A DNA stretch of 64,000 nt from Candidatus Kutchimonas denitrificans. GTDB lineage: Bacteria; Gemmatimonadota; Gemmatimonadetes; Palauibacterales; KS3-K002. Under the pieces are notes generated by a model, which was not told the DNA's origin, ran no database searches, and saw only the letters and a program-made list of their open reading frames with translations. The stretch spans positions 24,169-88,168 of the forward strand of contig JAACAK010000067.1 in the NCBI GenBank assembly GCA_011774835.1. Direction: 5' to 3'. Every line of letters begins with the position of its first letter. Position 1 is the stretch's first letter. Positions 44,686 to 53,868 of the stretch are shown piece after piece. A program made the translations under genes and the position numbers.

Positions 44686-45668
44686 GTCGCGCCATCGCTA
44701 CCCACGAAGAGGCGCCCGCCAAGGTGGAGGTCGACGCGGAGCTCGCCGACAACTTTTCCGTCGTTATTCCCGCCTTCAACGAAAGCGACAACATCCCCGA
44801 GCTATTCCGGGAGATCGAGGCGACCTTCCGCGAGCACGGGCTGGACGGAGAGGTCATCCTGGTAGACGATGGATCGAGCGACGACTCGAGCGAACTGGCG
44901 CGCCGCGAGGGAGCCCGGTTTCGCCGCTTCAAGCTCGAGCGCCACAAGCGGAATCTGGGCAAGACGGAAGCGTTGCTCACCGGGGCCCGGGCGGCGACGA
45001 CGGACTGGCTGGTCCTGTTCGATGCGGATCTGCAGCACAGCCCGGGCGAGATCCCGCGGCTCCTGGCCGAGGCGGCGAAAGGCTACGATATCGTCTGCGG
45101 CCGCAAGGTGGGCAAGTACGAGAAGCGGTTGGTCTCCGGCATCTACAACTGGATGTCGCGCAAAGCGTTCCGCGTACCCGCGCGCGATCTCAACTCGATC
45201 AAGATCTTCCGCACCCGGGTCCTCGATGACGTACAGCTGCGGCACGATTGGCACCGATTCTTCGTGGTGCTGGCTCACGCTAAGGGCTACAAGGTCGGCG
45301 AGCTCGACGTGACCCTGCATCCTCGGCGAAGAGGGGAAACGAAATACGGCGGTTCGAGCCGCGTTTTCGTCGGCCTGCTCGACCTCGTGTCCGTCTGGTT
45401 CCTGCTGATCTTCAGCCGCAAGCCGATGCTCCTGTTCGGGTTCACCGGTCTGTTGCTGGTGGGGCTCGGGCTGTTGGTGGGGATCACAGCGATCGTTCTG
45501 CGGTTGCTGGGTCACGGCTTCCGGCCGCTGCTCACGCTGGTCGTGCTGTTGGGGATCATGGGTGTGTCGCTGTTCGGCTTCGGCTTCGTCGCCGAGCTGA
45601 TCGCGACGTTGCGGGCCGAGGTGGATGATCTGAGGGAATCGCTGCGGGAGAGCCGGAAGGACAGCTAG
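44682..45668 (+). CDS. GT2-family polyprenyl-phosphate glycosyltransferase (GtrB/ArnC/DPM1-like) with C-terminal TM helices
   Basis: …SVVIPAFNESDNI…VDDGSSDDS…DADLQHSP… GT-A DxD architecture and two C-terminal TM helices. Start forms an ATGA overlap with the rpoN stop. Confidence 0.85.
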   Translation: MSRAIATHEEAPAKVEVDAELADNFSVVIPAFNESDNIPELFREIEATFREHGLDGEVILVDDGSSDDSSELARREGARFRRFKLERHKRNLGKTEALLTGARAATTDWLVLFDADLQHSPGEIPRLLAEAAKGYDIVCGRKVGKYEKRLVSGIYNWMSRKAFRVPARDLNSIKIFRTRVLDDVQLRHDWHRFFVVLAHAKGYKVGELDVTLHPRRRGETKYGGSSRVFVGLLDLVSVWFLLIFSRKPMLLFGFTGLLLVGLGLLVGITAIVLRLLGHGFRPLLTLVVLLGIMGVSLFGFGFVAELIATLRAEVDDLRESLRESRKDS

Positions 45669-45682
45669 CAGGTGGAGGAAGG

Positions 45683-47299
45683 GTGGGGGAATCTGTGGCC
45701 GCGGAAGGTCGAGACAGGCGCAGGCTGACCGGACCTCGGGCGACCTGGGGAATTCTCGCCGTTATCGTGGCGGCCCATGTGAGCGTCGCCGCGTTCGTCT
45801 TCGATCCCAAACCGTTCGTCGGCGGAGACAACGCCGGGTACCTGATCCTGGCGGAATCGATCCAGACGGGGCAGGGCTATCGTGACCTCCACCTGCCCGG
45901 TACTCCGCGTCATGCGACAAGTCCGCCCCTCTATCCCCTCGTTCTGGCCCTGGCGCGCGGGGTGGGGAGCGGGCTGCTGGGCTTCAAGGCGCTCTCCATC
46001 GTGTTTACGGCGCTTTCCGTCATACTGCTCTACTTCCTGGCGCGACGTCGGCTGGGCGCGACGGCAAGCCTGGCCGTCGCCGCCGCCTTCGCCATCAATC
46101 CGGTCCTGCTCTATTACTCGCACTGGACGCTGCCCGAACCCCTTTTCGTGCTCCTGGCCCTGGCCGCCCTCTGGTCGGCGGAGACCTCCCGGCTGCTGGG
46201 CAGGTCGGAGGAGTCGACGGATTCCGGCGTGCGACTGGCCTGGGCCGCAGGTGCCGCCGCCCTCGCCAGCCTGGCGTATCTGACCCGTGGGGGAGCGATT
46301 CCGTTAGTCCTCGCCATCCTGATCGTACTGGGGTGGCGCCGCCGTTGGCGCGCGTTGGCAGCCAGCACAATCGTCGCCGCCCTGGCGGTCGGCGGTTGGC
46401 AGGCCTGGCGGGCGCTGGCGGTGCCGCGAGAAGCCGCGGCATCCGGCGCACACCTGCTGTCGGACCCCGCGAACCCGGACAGGCTGGCGGGCCCGGGCGA
46501 GCTGGTCACACGCTTCATCGACAGCGTCCGTGTCTACCTGGTCGACCTGACCCCCCAATCGATCGCGGGGGTGCCCGTGGGAGGTGGCGTCAACCCGCTG
46601 GCCCTCATGTGCGGCCTACTGGTGATCGCGCTGGCCCTGGTGGCGTGGATCCGCGAAGTGCGGCGCGTGCGCCCGGTGGAGTTCTACGCGGCTCTCTACG
46701 CGCTCTGGTTGTTCCTGTGGCCCTGGAACGAGCGCCGCCTGCTTCTGGCTCTGCTACCCGTTCTGTACCTGCTGGCGGCGCAGGGGCTGCTCTGGTGCCT
46801 CGATTTCGCACGTTTCAAGAGCCACGCGTGGGCGGTACCGGCTTTCGCAGCGCTTCTCGTTATGGTGGGTGTTCCCCATCATGTCCGGGCGCTGAGCTTC
46901 GCCGCCGACTGCCGCCGGCTATATCGAGAAGGGGACCGCCTGGCCTGCTATCCTCCGCCGTGGCGCGGCTTCTTCCAAGCCGCGGCATGGGCGCGGGCGA
47001 ACACACCCGAAGGATCGACGATCGTCAGCCCGGAGCCGCGATTGTTCTATCTCGTTTCCGACCGCCAGGGGGACGAGTATCCCCCCACGGCCGACACGGA
47101 CTCGATGCTCGCCTTTCTCGATTCGGTCTCTGCCGACTACGTTGTGGTCGCCGCGGTAAGCCCCACGACCTTCCGGTACCTCGTACCCGTGTTGCGCGCC
47201 ATGCCCGAGAGGTTCGAACCGGTTCACGCGGAAGGCGAAGGCACCTCGGCCGCCTATCTCGTCGCGTATTTGACCGCCCGGCCGCAGGAGAGTCCCTGA
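45683..47299 (+). CDS. GT-C superfamily membrane glycosyltransferase (ArnT/PMT-like), paralogue 1
   Basis: ~11 predicted TM helices with an acidic first-loop motif (…FDPKPFVGGDNAGY…) and a C-terminal soluble domain. Clear paralogue of 53869..55443. Confidence 0.75.
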   Translation: MGESVAAEGRDRRRLTGPRATWGILAVIVAAHVSVAAFVFDPKPFVGGDNAGYLILAESIQTGQGYRDLHLPGTPRHATSPPLYPLVLALARGVGSGLLGFKALSIVFTALSVILLYFLARRRLGATASLAVAAAFAINPVLLYYSHWTLPEPLFVLLALAALWSAETSRLLGRSEESTDSGVRLAWAAGAAALASLAYLTRGGAIPLVLAILIVLGWRRRWRALAASTIVAALAVGGWQAWRALAVPREAAASGAHLLSDPANPDRLAGPGELVTRFIDSVRVYLVDLTPQSIAGVPVGGGVNPLALMCGLLVIALALVAWIREVRRVRPVEFYAALYALWLFLWPWNERRLLLALLPVLYLLAAQGLLWCLDFARFKSHAWAVPAFAALLVMVGVPHHVRALSFAADCRRLYREGDRLACYPPPWRGFFQAAAWARANTPEGSTIVSPEPRLFYLVSDRQGDEYPPTADTDSMLAFLDSVSADYVVVAAVSPTTFRYLVPVLRAMPERFEPVHAEGEGTSAAYLVAYLTARPQESP

Positions 47300-47300
47300 C

Positions 47301-48455
47301 ATGCCAGACACTCCCGTCGTACTGATTCTGTTCGGCACTCGACCGGAAGCGATCAAGCTGGCACCCGTCTTCAGGGCGCTGGCCGGACGCAGCGAAGCGG
47401 TGGAGCTACGAGTGGTATCGACGGGCCAGCACGACGAGCTGCTGGAGGACGCGCTGGGGAGTTTTGACATGGAGGTTGAAGAGAGCCTGGCTATCATGCG
47501 TCCCGATCAGGACTTGTACGATATTGGCGTAGGCTGTCTCGAGGGTCTGAGGGCGACCCTGCGCCGGGTGAAGCCGGACGTGGTGGTGGTGGAGGGAGAC
47601 ACGGCGACGGTGTTTTTCGGAGCGCTCGCCGGGTTCTACGAGGGCGCCGAGGTGGCCCACGTGGAGGCGGGGCTACGGTCCGGGGATCGCCGGGCCCCCT
47701 TTCCCGAGGAGATTTATCGGAGACTCACCGATGTGCTGACGGACCATTACTTCGCGCCGACGGCGGGGGCGAAGCGGAACCTGTTGAGGGAGGGAGTAGC
47801 GGCAGAGCGGGTGAACGTAACCGGCAACACGGTGATCGATGCGGTCCAGGCGCTGGCGGGCCAGCGGCGGCCGATCGACAACGCCGAGTTGAAGCGATGC
47901 ATCGAGTCGGGACGTCGTCTGGTCTTGATCACGGCGCATCGGCGTGAGTCGTTTGGTGAGCCGATCCGGGAGGCTTTCGGTGCGCTCCGGACGCTGGCGG
48001 AAGAGCATCCCGATGACCTGTTCGTTTATCCGGTGCACCCGAACCCGAACGTGAGGCAGCCGGCGCAGGAGATGCTGGGGGGCGTGTCGAACGTGAGGCT
48101 CCTGGAGCCGCTGTCGTATTCCGACCTGGTGCAGGTGCTGTCGGCGGCATGGATCACGATAACGGATTCGGGCGGCATCCAGGAGGAGGCGCCTTCGTTT
48201 GGCGTACCGGTCCTGGTGATGCGGGAGGTGACCGAGCGTCCTGAAGGGGTCGAACTGGGCGTCGCCGAGCTGGTGGGTACATCCCGGGATCGAATACTCG
48301 AACGGGGAGGCGCGCTGTTGGACGACGACGGGGAGCGGGCGCGCATGGCCACAGCCGGGAATCCGTACGGTGACGGTCAGGCGGGAGCGCGGATCGCCGA
48401 CATCCTGTTGCACCGAATCTTGGGAACGCGGCGGCTCACGGAGGATTGGGCCTGA
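47301..48455 (+). CDS. wecB: UDP-N-acetylglucosamine 2-epimerase (non-hydrolysing)
   Basis: …VVLILFGTRPEAIKLAPV…, …VHVEAGLRS…, …ITDSGGIQEEAPSFGVPVLVMR… epimerase_2 family hallmarks. Confidence 0.88.
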   Translation: MPDTPVVLILFGTRPEAIKLAPVFRALAGRSEAVELRVVSTGQHDELLEDALGSFDMEVEESLAIMRPDQDLYDIGVGCLEGLRATLRRVKPDVVVVEGDTATVFFGALAGFYEGAEVAHVEAGLRSGDRRAPFPEEIYRRLTDVLTDHYFAPTAGAKRNLLREGVAAERVNVTGNTVIDAVQALAGQRRPIDNAELKRCIESGRRLVLITAHRRESFGEPIREAFGALRTLAEEHPDDLFVYPVHPNPNVRQPAQEMLGGVSNVRLLEPLSYSDLVQVLSAAWITITDSGGIQEEAPSFGVPVLVMREVTERPEGVELGVAELVGTSRDRILERGGALLDDDGERARMATAGNPYGDGQAGARIADILLHRILGTRRLTEDWA

Positions 48456-49570
48456 ACATAGTCCTGCAGTGCCTGTACTATCCGCCCGAGGTGGGCGGAC
48501 TGGAAAGTCACGTCGCGGGTCTGGGAGAAGGGCTCGCCCGACGGGGCCACGAGGTCCGCATGCTCACGTCTCGCTCGAGGCCCGATCTGCCCAGGAGGGA
48601 GGCGCTGGCCGGGGTGCAGGTCCGGCGGGTCTGGATGCCGAGTCGGTCGCCGCTGGGCTGGCTCGCACACACGGTGGCGTCGATCTTCGCGCACGCCAAC
48701 TGGGCCCGGAGCGCGGATATCCTGCACGCCCATACCTTCGCCAGCGCCGTGCCGGGCATGATAAGCCGCAAGCGCTACGGCGCCCCTCTCGTCGTCACCC
48801 TCCATACGTCGCATTTTCTGATGCGTGCCCCCAAGCCGGGCTGGCGAGCCGTGTTTCGGCGCATCATCGAGTCGGCGGACTACTTGCTGGCCACGAGCGA
48901 GGAGATCCGGCAGGTGGCGCTGGCCATCTCTCGGCATCCGCGCTCCGAGGTGATGACCAACGCGGTGGATACCGATCGGTTCGCACCCCGCACGGGCCCC
49001 CTGGAGGGCGACAGGCGGCAGATCATCGTTCCGCGTCGCCTGTTCCCGAAGAACGGAGTCGAGTATTTCGTACGCGCTCTGCCGCTCATTGCAGCCGATC
49101 TGGATGTCGAGGCCCGGGTCGTCGGCGATGGTCCGGAGCGCGAACGGTTGACCTCGCTGGCCGCCGAGCTGGGCGTTTCCGATCGGATACGGTTCCTGGG
49201 AGCCCGCTCGAACGAGGAGATGCCCGGCCTTTTGCGCGAGGCCGAGCTCGCGGTCATCCCGTCGCTGATTGAGGCGACGTCTATCGCGGCCCTGGAAGCG
49301 ATGTCGTGCGGCTTACCGGTGGCGGCCTCGGCTGTGGGCGGCTTACCCGAGATCATCGACGAGAGGGTCGGGTCGCTGTTCGAGCCGGCGAACCCGCAGG
49401 CTCTGGCGGACGCGGTGGCGAGCCTGCTCCGTCGCCCGGATCTGCGCGATCTGGGTGCCGAGGGCAGACGGCGCGTGGTGGCCAACTGGAGCCTCGATCG
49501 CATGGTCGAACGTCATCTGGAGATCTACAACGAGCTGATCGATGAAGCGAAAGCGAAAGAACAGGGGTAA
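48446..49570 (+). CDS. GT4-family glycosyltransferase (GT-B fold)
   Basis: N-terminal …YYPPEVGGLESHV… and C-terminal E-X7-E-type motif (…PSLIEATSIAALEAMSCGLPVAAS…). Confidence 0.85.
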   Translation: MGLNIVLQCLYYPPEVGGLESHVAGLGEGLARRGHEVRMLTSRSRPDLPRREALAGVQVRRVWMPSRSPLGWLAHTVASIFAHANWARSADILHAHTFASAVPGMISRKRYGAPLVVTLHTSHFLMRAPKPGWRAVFRRIIESADYLLATSEEIRQVALAISRHPRSEVMTNAVDTDRFAPRTGPLEGDRRQIIVPRRLFPKNGVEYFVRALPLIAADLDVEARVVGDGPERERLTSLAAELGVSDRIRFLGARSNEEMPGLLREAELAVIPSLIEATSIAALEAMSCGLPVAASAVGGLPEIIDERVGSLFEPANPQALADAVASLLRRPDLRDLGAEGRRRVVANWSLDRMVERHLEIYNELIDEAKAKEQG

Positions 49571-51983
49571 CGAGGCGGCGGCGACCCCGACGGCCGCCGG
49601 GGGCTCCATCGGGGAAGAGGGGTGGCTGCCGCGCTGGGCGCCCTGGGTCGCCTTCGGAGTGATCGTTGCGTTTCTCTTCCGGGAGTTCATCGTCTCCCGC
49701 GGCATGCTGTTCGGCACGGACGTGGCCGCGCTCGGCTATTTCGCCCGGCACTTCTACGCCGAGATGATGAGAGCGGGCACTTTCCCGCAGTGGAACCCTC
49801 TCCTGTTCGGCGGCCTTCCGTTCGTCGACGCGATGCACGGCGACATCTTCTATCCGACGACCGTGCTCAAGTTCATCATGCCGGTGCACCGGGCGATGGG
49901 CTGGAAGCTCGTGCTGCACATCTTCCTGGCCGGCGCTTTCACCTACGGCTGGCTGCGCCATCTGCGGATCAGCCGATCGGTCTCGGTCTGGGGCGGCATC
50001 GCGTACATGCTGGCTCCGGTCATGGTCACGCTGGTGTACCCGGGGCACGACGGCAGGCTGTTCGTCTCGGCGCTGACGCCGCTCGCGCTGTGGGCCACGG
50101 ACTGGGCCGTGACCCGGGGCGGCGCCTGGCGGTTCGCCCTGCTGGCGTTCGCGGTCGCCCTGCTGATCTTCACCGCCCACATGCAGCTGGGCTACTACAC
50201 GACCTGGGCGATGTTCGTCCTGGCTGTGTACCGGGTGATCGAGATGCGCCGGGCTGGCACGTCGGCCGGCGTTCTGGCGGGGCGATTCACCGGCTTCGCC
50301 ACCGCCGGAATCGTCGGGGCGCTGTTGATCGGCGCGGTACAGCTGTGGGCCCCGCTTCGCTACCTGACGACGTACTCGCAGCGGGTGGAGAAAACGATCG
50401 AGGCCGAGGAGGAGTCGGCTTACGCACGGGCGACCTCGTGGTCGCTGCATCCCGAGGAGGCGTTTTCGCTCGTCGTTCCGGAGTTCGTCGGCGCCAACGT
50501 CCAGACCGGCGAAGGCGCTGTGAACACGTACTGGGGCAGAAACGCCTTCAAGTTGAACCACGAGTACGGGGGTTTCATCCCGCTGTTGCTGCTACCCCTG
50601 GCGTTCTTCAGCCGGCGCCGACGCGGCGAGGCCTGGTTGTTCACCGGCATCGCCATCGGCTGTCTGATCTACGCCCTCGGATCGACGACACCGCTCTTCT
50701 ACCTCTTCTACTGGCTCGTTCCCGGCGTGAAGCTCTTTCGGGCGCCCAGCAGCATCATGTTCGTCTTCGCCATCGCGGTGATCACGGCGGCGGCGATCGG
50801 GCTCGACGGCATGGAGCGAGCCGAGGAGCGGGCGGAGAAGGCACGGCGGGCGGGCCTCTACCTATGGGGGGCCGCAGGGGTGTTCCTCTTGCTGGCGTTG
50901 CTCGGATCGACGGGTGTGCTCACCGACCTGTGGGTGTCGATCCTCTACAGCGACATCAGCCAGGCCAAGGTTGCCGCGCTGGACGCCAACCTGCCGAACA
51001 TCCAGCGGGGTCTATGGATCACCCTACTGTTGAGCGGGCTGGTCGCCGGGGCCTGGCATCTCTACCGCCGCGGCCAGATCCCGAGGCCCGCCTGGATCCT
51101 CGTCCTCGCGCTGCTGGCGGTTCTCGACCCACTGCGGGTCGATCCGCAGTTCATCCAGGTCGTGGCGCCGGGACGGATCTACCCTCGGGACGACGTCACC
51201 GACTACATGGTCGGGCAACAGAGAGAGGCGGAGCCGTTTCGCGTCTTCGCCGTAGGGGGAACCGGTTACCAGACGAACCACTTCGCCTTCTTCGGACTCG
51301 AGGAGGTGACGGGGCATCACGGCAACGAGATCGGTCGTTACCTGGAGCTGGTGGACTTTCAGCGACACGGCGGACAAGCGATACGTATCGTGCGGCTCCT
51401 GAACGCGCGTTACCTGGTAAGCGGCGCGCCGATCCAGGCGCCGGGACTGATCGAGGCCTATCGAGGTCAGCGGGCCATCGTGTATCAGATGATCGGAGCG
51501 TTCCCCCGGGCTTTTCTCGTACCGAACTATGAAGTCGCCGCGGATACCGCCGCCCTGGAGCGGCTGCTCGATCCGGGGTTCGATCCGGCTCGGAACGTCG
51601 TGCTAGAGCAAACCCCCGAGCTCCAGCCTGCGCCTGACGCCCGTGGCAGCGTCCGCTGGCTGGAGCGGGGGATCAACAGCCAGGCGCTGGAGACCGAGAG
51701 CACCGGTCCGATGATATTGGTGGTCACCGAGAACTACTACCCGGCCTGGCAGGTGGAGATCGACGGGACACCGGCGGACCTGCTGCGCGCCGATCACACG
51801 CTCCGGGCCGTCGCGGTCCCGGCGGGCACGCATCGAATTCGCTTCTTCTACCGATCGCCCCTGTATCGGGCCGCCGCCCTGACAACGCTCGGGGCCACGT
51901 TGCTGGCGCTGGCAGTGGTCGTGGTGACGCTCGTCCGCCAGCGGCGCGCCGCGGGAGGCTCCACGCCAGCGGGGAGCCCGTAA
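49542..51983 (+). CDS. YfhO-family membrane protein (GT-C-type glycosyltransferase acting on envelope polymers)
   Basis: 813 aa, polytopic N-terminal 400 aa plus a large C-terminal periplasmic domain and a final TM helix. Family-level resemblance to the B. subtilis YfhO architecture. Confidence 0.65.
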   Translation: MKRKRKNRGNEAAATPTAAGGSIGEEGWLPRWAPWVAFGVIVAFLFREFIVSRGMLFGTDVAALGYFARHFYAEMMRAGTFPQWNPLLFGGLPFVDAMHGDIFYPTTVLKFIMPVHRAMGWKLVLHIFLAGAFTYGWLRHLRISRSVSVWGGIAYMLAPVMVTLVYPGHDGRLFVSALTPLALWATDWAVTRGGAWRFALLAFAVALLIFTAHMQLGYYTTWAMFVLAVYRVIEMRRAGTSAGVLAGRFTGFATAGIVGALLIGAVQLWAPLRYLTTYSQRVEKTIEAEEESAYARATSWSLHPEEAFSLVVPEFVGANVQTGEGAVNTYWGRNAFKLNHEYGGFIPLLLLPLAFFSRRRRGEAWLFTGIAIGCLIYALGSTTPLFYLFYWLVPGVKLFRAPSSIMFVFAIAVITAAAIGLDGMERAEERAEKARRAGLYLWGAAGVFLLLALLGSTGVLTDLWVSILYSDISQAKVAALDANLPNIQRGLWITLLLSGLVAGAWHLYRRGQIPRPAWILVLALLAVLDPLRVDPQFIQVVAPGRIYPRDDVTDYMVGQQREAEPFRVFAVGGTGYQTNHFAFFGLEEVTGHHGNEIGRYLELVDFQRHGGQAIRIVRLLNARYLVSGAPIQAPGLIEAYRGQRAIVYQMIGAFPRAFLVPNYEVAADTAALERLLDPGFDPARNVVLEQTPELQPAPDARGSVRWLERGINSQALETESTGPMILVVTENYYPAWQVEIDGTPADLLRADHTLRAVAVPAGTHRIRFFYRSPLYRAAALTTLGATLLALAVVVVTLVRQRRAAGGSTPAGSP

Positions 51984-51984
51984 C

Positions 51985-52956
51985 GTGGATGAGCGTGTCC
52001 GGCGCGGGGCAGGGTGGGCCCTCCGCCTCGCCCTCACCCTGCTGGTCACCTATTTCATCTTTCGGTCGCTCCGCGTTTCGTGGGCCGAGCTGGCGGAGAC
52101 GGATCTGGCCCGTTGGCAACCGGCCATCGCGCCGCTCGCCGCCTCCCTGGCTGCGCTCCTCTTCGTCTTCGCCTACCTGGTCGCGCTCTGGGCTCGTATG
52201 GTGACCGGTCTCGGTGGACCGGTGCTGCGTCTGGGTGCGGCGATTCGCATTTTCTTTCTGGCAAACCTGGGCCGCTACATACCAGGCAAGGTCTGGCAGC
52301 TGGCGGGGCTCACGTATCTGGCGGGGAAGAGGGGTGTCAGCATTCCCATCGCCTCGTCATCAGCGGTGCTGAGCCAGGTCTATTCGCTGGGCGCCGCGGC
52401 CGCCGTGGCCGCAATCGGGCTGCTGTTGACTGGAGTGGCACAGCTGCCAGCCGGAACCGTTCCGTTCGCGGTGGCGCTGGCGGCGGCGGTGATCGCGGTG
52501 ACGACCGTACCTCCCGTTCTGCGTCTGCTGCTGCGGTTGGTCTTCCGGTTCAGCCGTCGGGGCGAGCTCGCGCCCGACCTCGACAGGTGGTTCGGCTTTC
52601 GCTGGCTGTTCGCCTACCTGCCGGGGTGGATCGGCTACGGTCTCGCGTTCCTGCTGCTTTGCGAATCGTTTCCGAACCTGCCGCCCGTTGCGCCGCTGGC
52701 GGCGATCGGTAGTTTCGCGGGGGCCTATTTTCTGGGTTACGCTGCCGTATTCGCGCCGGCGGGCGTGGGCGTGCGGGAAGGCGCCCTCGCCTTTCTGCTC
52801 GCGCCGGCCCTGGGCGCGGCCGAGGCGACCGTCCTGGCCGTTTTCGCGCGCGTTTGGATGACGGTCGCGGAACTGGGACCGGCCGCATGGGCGGGGATCC
52901 ATACGGTCCTCGGGGCGGAGGAAGGCGAGAGCGAGACACGAGAGCATGGCAGCTGA
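51985..52956 (+). CDS. UPF0104 'flippase-like' membrane protein (MprF-C-terminal-type lipid flippase domain)
   Basis: 8-TM protein with a …GRYIPGKVWQLAG… motif typical of UPF0104/LPG-synthase TM proteins, which commonly pair with Dpm1-like GT2 enzymes. Confidence 0.7.
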   Translation: MDERVRRGAGWALRLALTLLVTYFIFRSLRVSWAELAETDLARWQPAIAPLAASLAALLFVFAYLVALWARMVTGLGGPVLRLGAAIRIFFLANLGRYIPGKVWQLAGLTYLAGKRGVSIPIASSSAVLSQVYSLGAAAAVAAIGLLLTGVAQLPAGTVPFAVALAAAVIAVTTVPPVLRLLLRLVFRFSRRGELAPDLDRWFGFRWLFAYLPGWIGYGLAFLLLCESFPNLPPVAPLAAIGSFAGAYFLGYAAVFAPAGVGVREGALAFLLAPALGAAEATVLAVFARVWMTVAELGPAAWAGIHTVLGAEEGESETREHGS

Positions 52957-53674
52957 GTACGGTCGCACACTGGTCGTGATGCCCACGTACAACGAGAAGG
53001 AGAACCTTCCGATCGTCGTACCGCGCGTATTGGCGCAGCAGCACGAGATCGAGGTGCTGATCGTCGATGACAATTCGCCAGACGGGACAGGAGAGGTCGC
53101 GGACCAGATGGCGGGGCGCGACGATCGGATCCACGTCATGCATCGACCGGGCAAGCTGGGGCTGGGCACGGCCTACATCGCGGGGTTCAAGTGGGCGCTG
53201 GAGCGCGACTACGAGTACGTGTTCGAGATGGACTCGGATTTCTCTCACAACCCGGATCACATCCCCGAGTTCCTGGAGGCGGCCCAGGAATACGACCTGG
53301 TGCTCGGCTCGCGCTATTTGCGGGGTGTCACCGTGATCAACTGGCCCATGTCGCGTCTTCTGCTCAGCTACTTCGCCAATAAGTACGCGCGCATCGTGAC
53401 CGGATTGCCCTTCAGCGACACGACGGGCGGCTTCAAGTGCTACCGCCGGGAGGTCCTGGAGGAGATCGACCTCGACAAGATCACGTCCGAAGGGTACTCG
53501 TTCCAGATCGAGACGACGTTCCGGGCCTGGCGCAGAGGCTTCAAGGTCGGTGAGATCACCATCGTCTTCAGCGACCGGACCGAGGGCGCCAGCAAGATGA
53601 GCGGCCGCATCATCCGGGAGGCGGTGTGGAAGGTGTGGTGGCTGCGGCTGCTTCGGATCTTCCGCAGGATTTGA
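52946..53674 (+). CDS. Polyprenol-phosphate mannose/hexose synthase (Dpm1/Ppm1-like GT2, soluble)
   Basis: …LVVMPTYNEKENL…VDDNSPDGT…EMDSDFSHNPDHI… GT2 signature closely resembling Dpm1 family members. No C-terminal TM helices. Confidence 0.85.
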   Translation: MAAEYGRTLVVMPTYNEKENLPIVVPRVLAQQHEIEVLIVDDNSPDGTGEVADQMAGRDDRIHVMHRPGKLGLGTAYIAGFKWALERDYEYVFEMDSDFSHNPDHIPEFLEAAQEYDLVLGSRYLRGVTVINWPMSRLLLSYFANKYARIVTGLPFSDTTGGFKCYRREVLEEIDLDKITSEGYSFQIETTFRAWRRGFKVGEITIVFSDRTEGASKMSGRIIREAVWKVWWLRLLRIFRRI

Positions 53675-53776
53675 GTCACCCGCAGTAGCACGATCAGGTT
53701 GATCTCCGCAATCCAGCCCGTAAGGACGTAATCGGACCACGCCCTCCGGGGTAGCAGTGGAAGCGCGAACCGTTAA

Positions 53777-53805
53777 GTTAGGGCTTCAAAAATGCAGCCC
53801 TTAAT
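53777..53805 (+). promoter_or_regulatory. Small stem-loop in the only sizeable intergenic gap of the glycosylation cluster
   Basis: AGGGCT-tcaaaaatgc-AGCCCT, extendable to about 9 bp with one bulge. No U tail. Confidence 0.25.
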
Positions 53806-53868
53806 CCACACTCCGACAACCACCTACGGGCGAGCGGCCGATCGGCGCGACGGCCCGGTGCGGACCTG

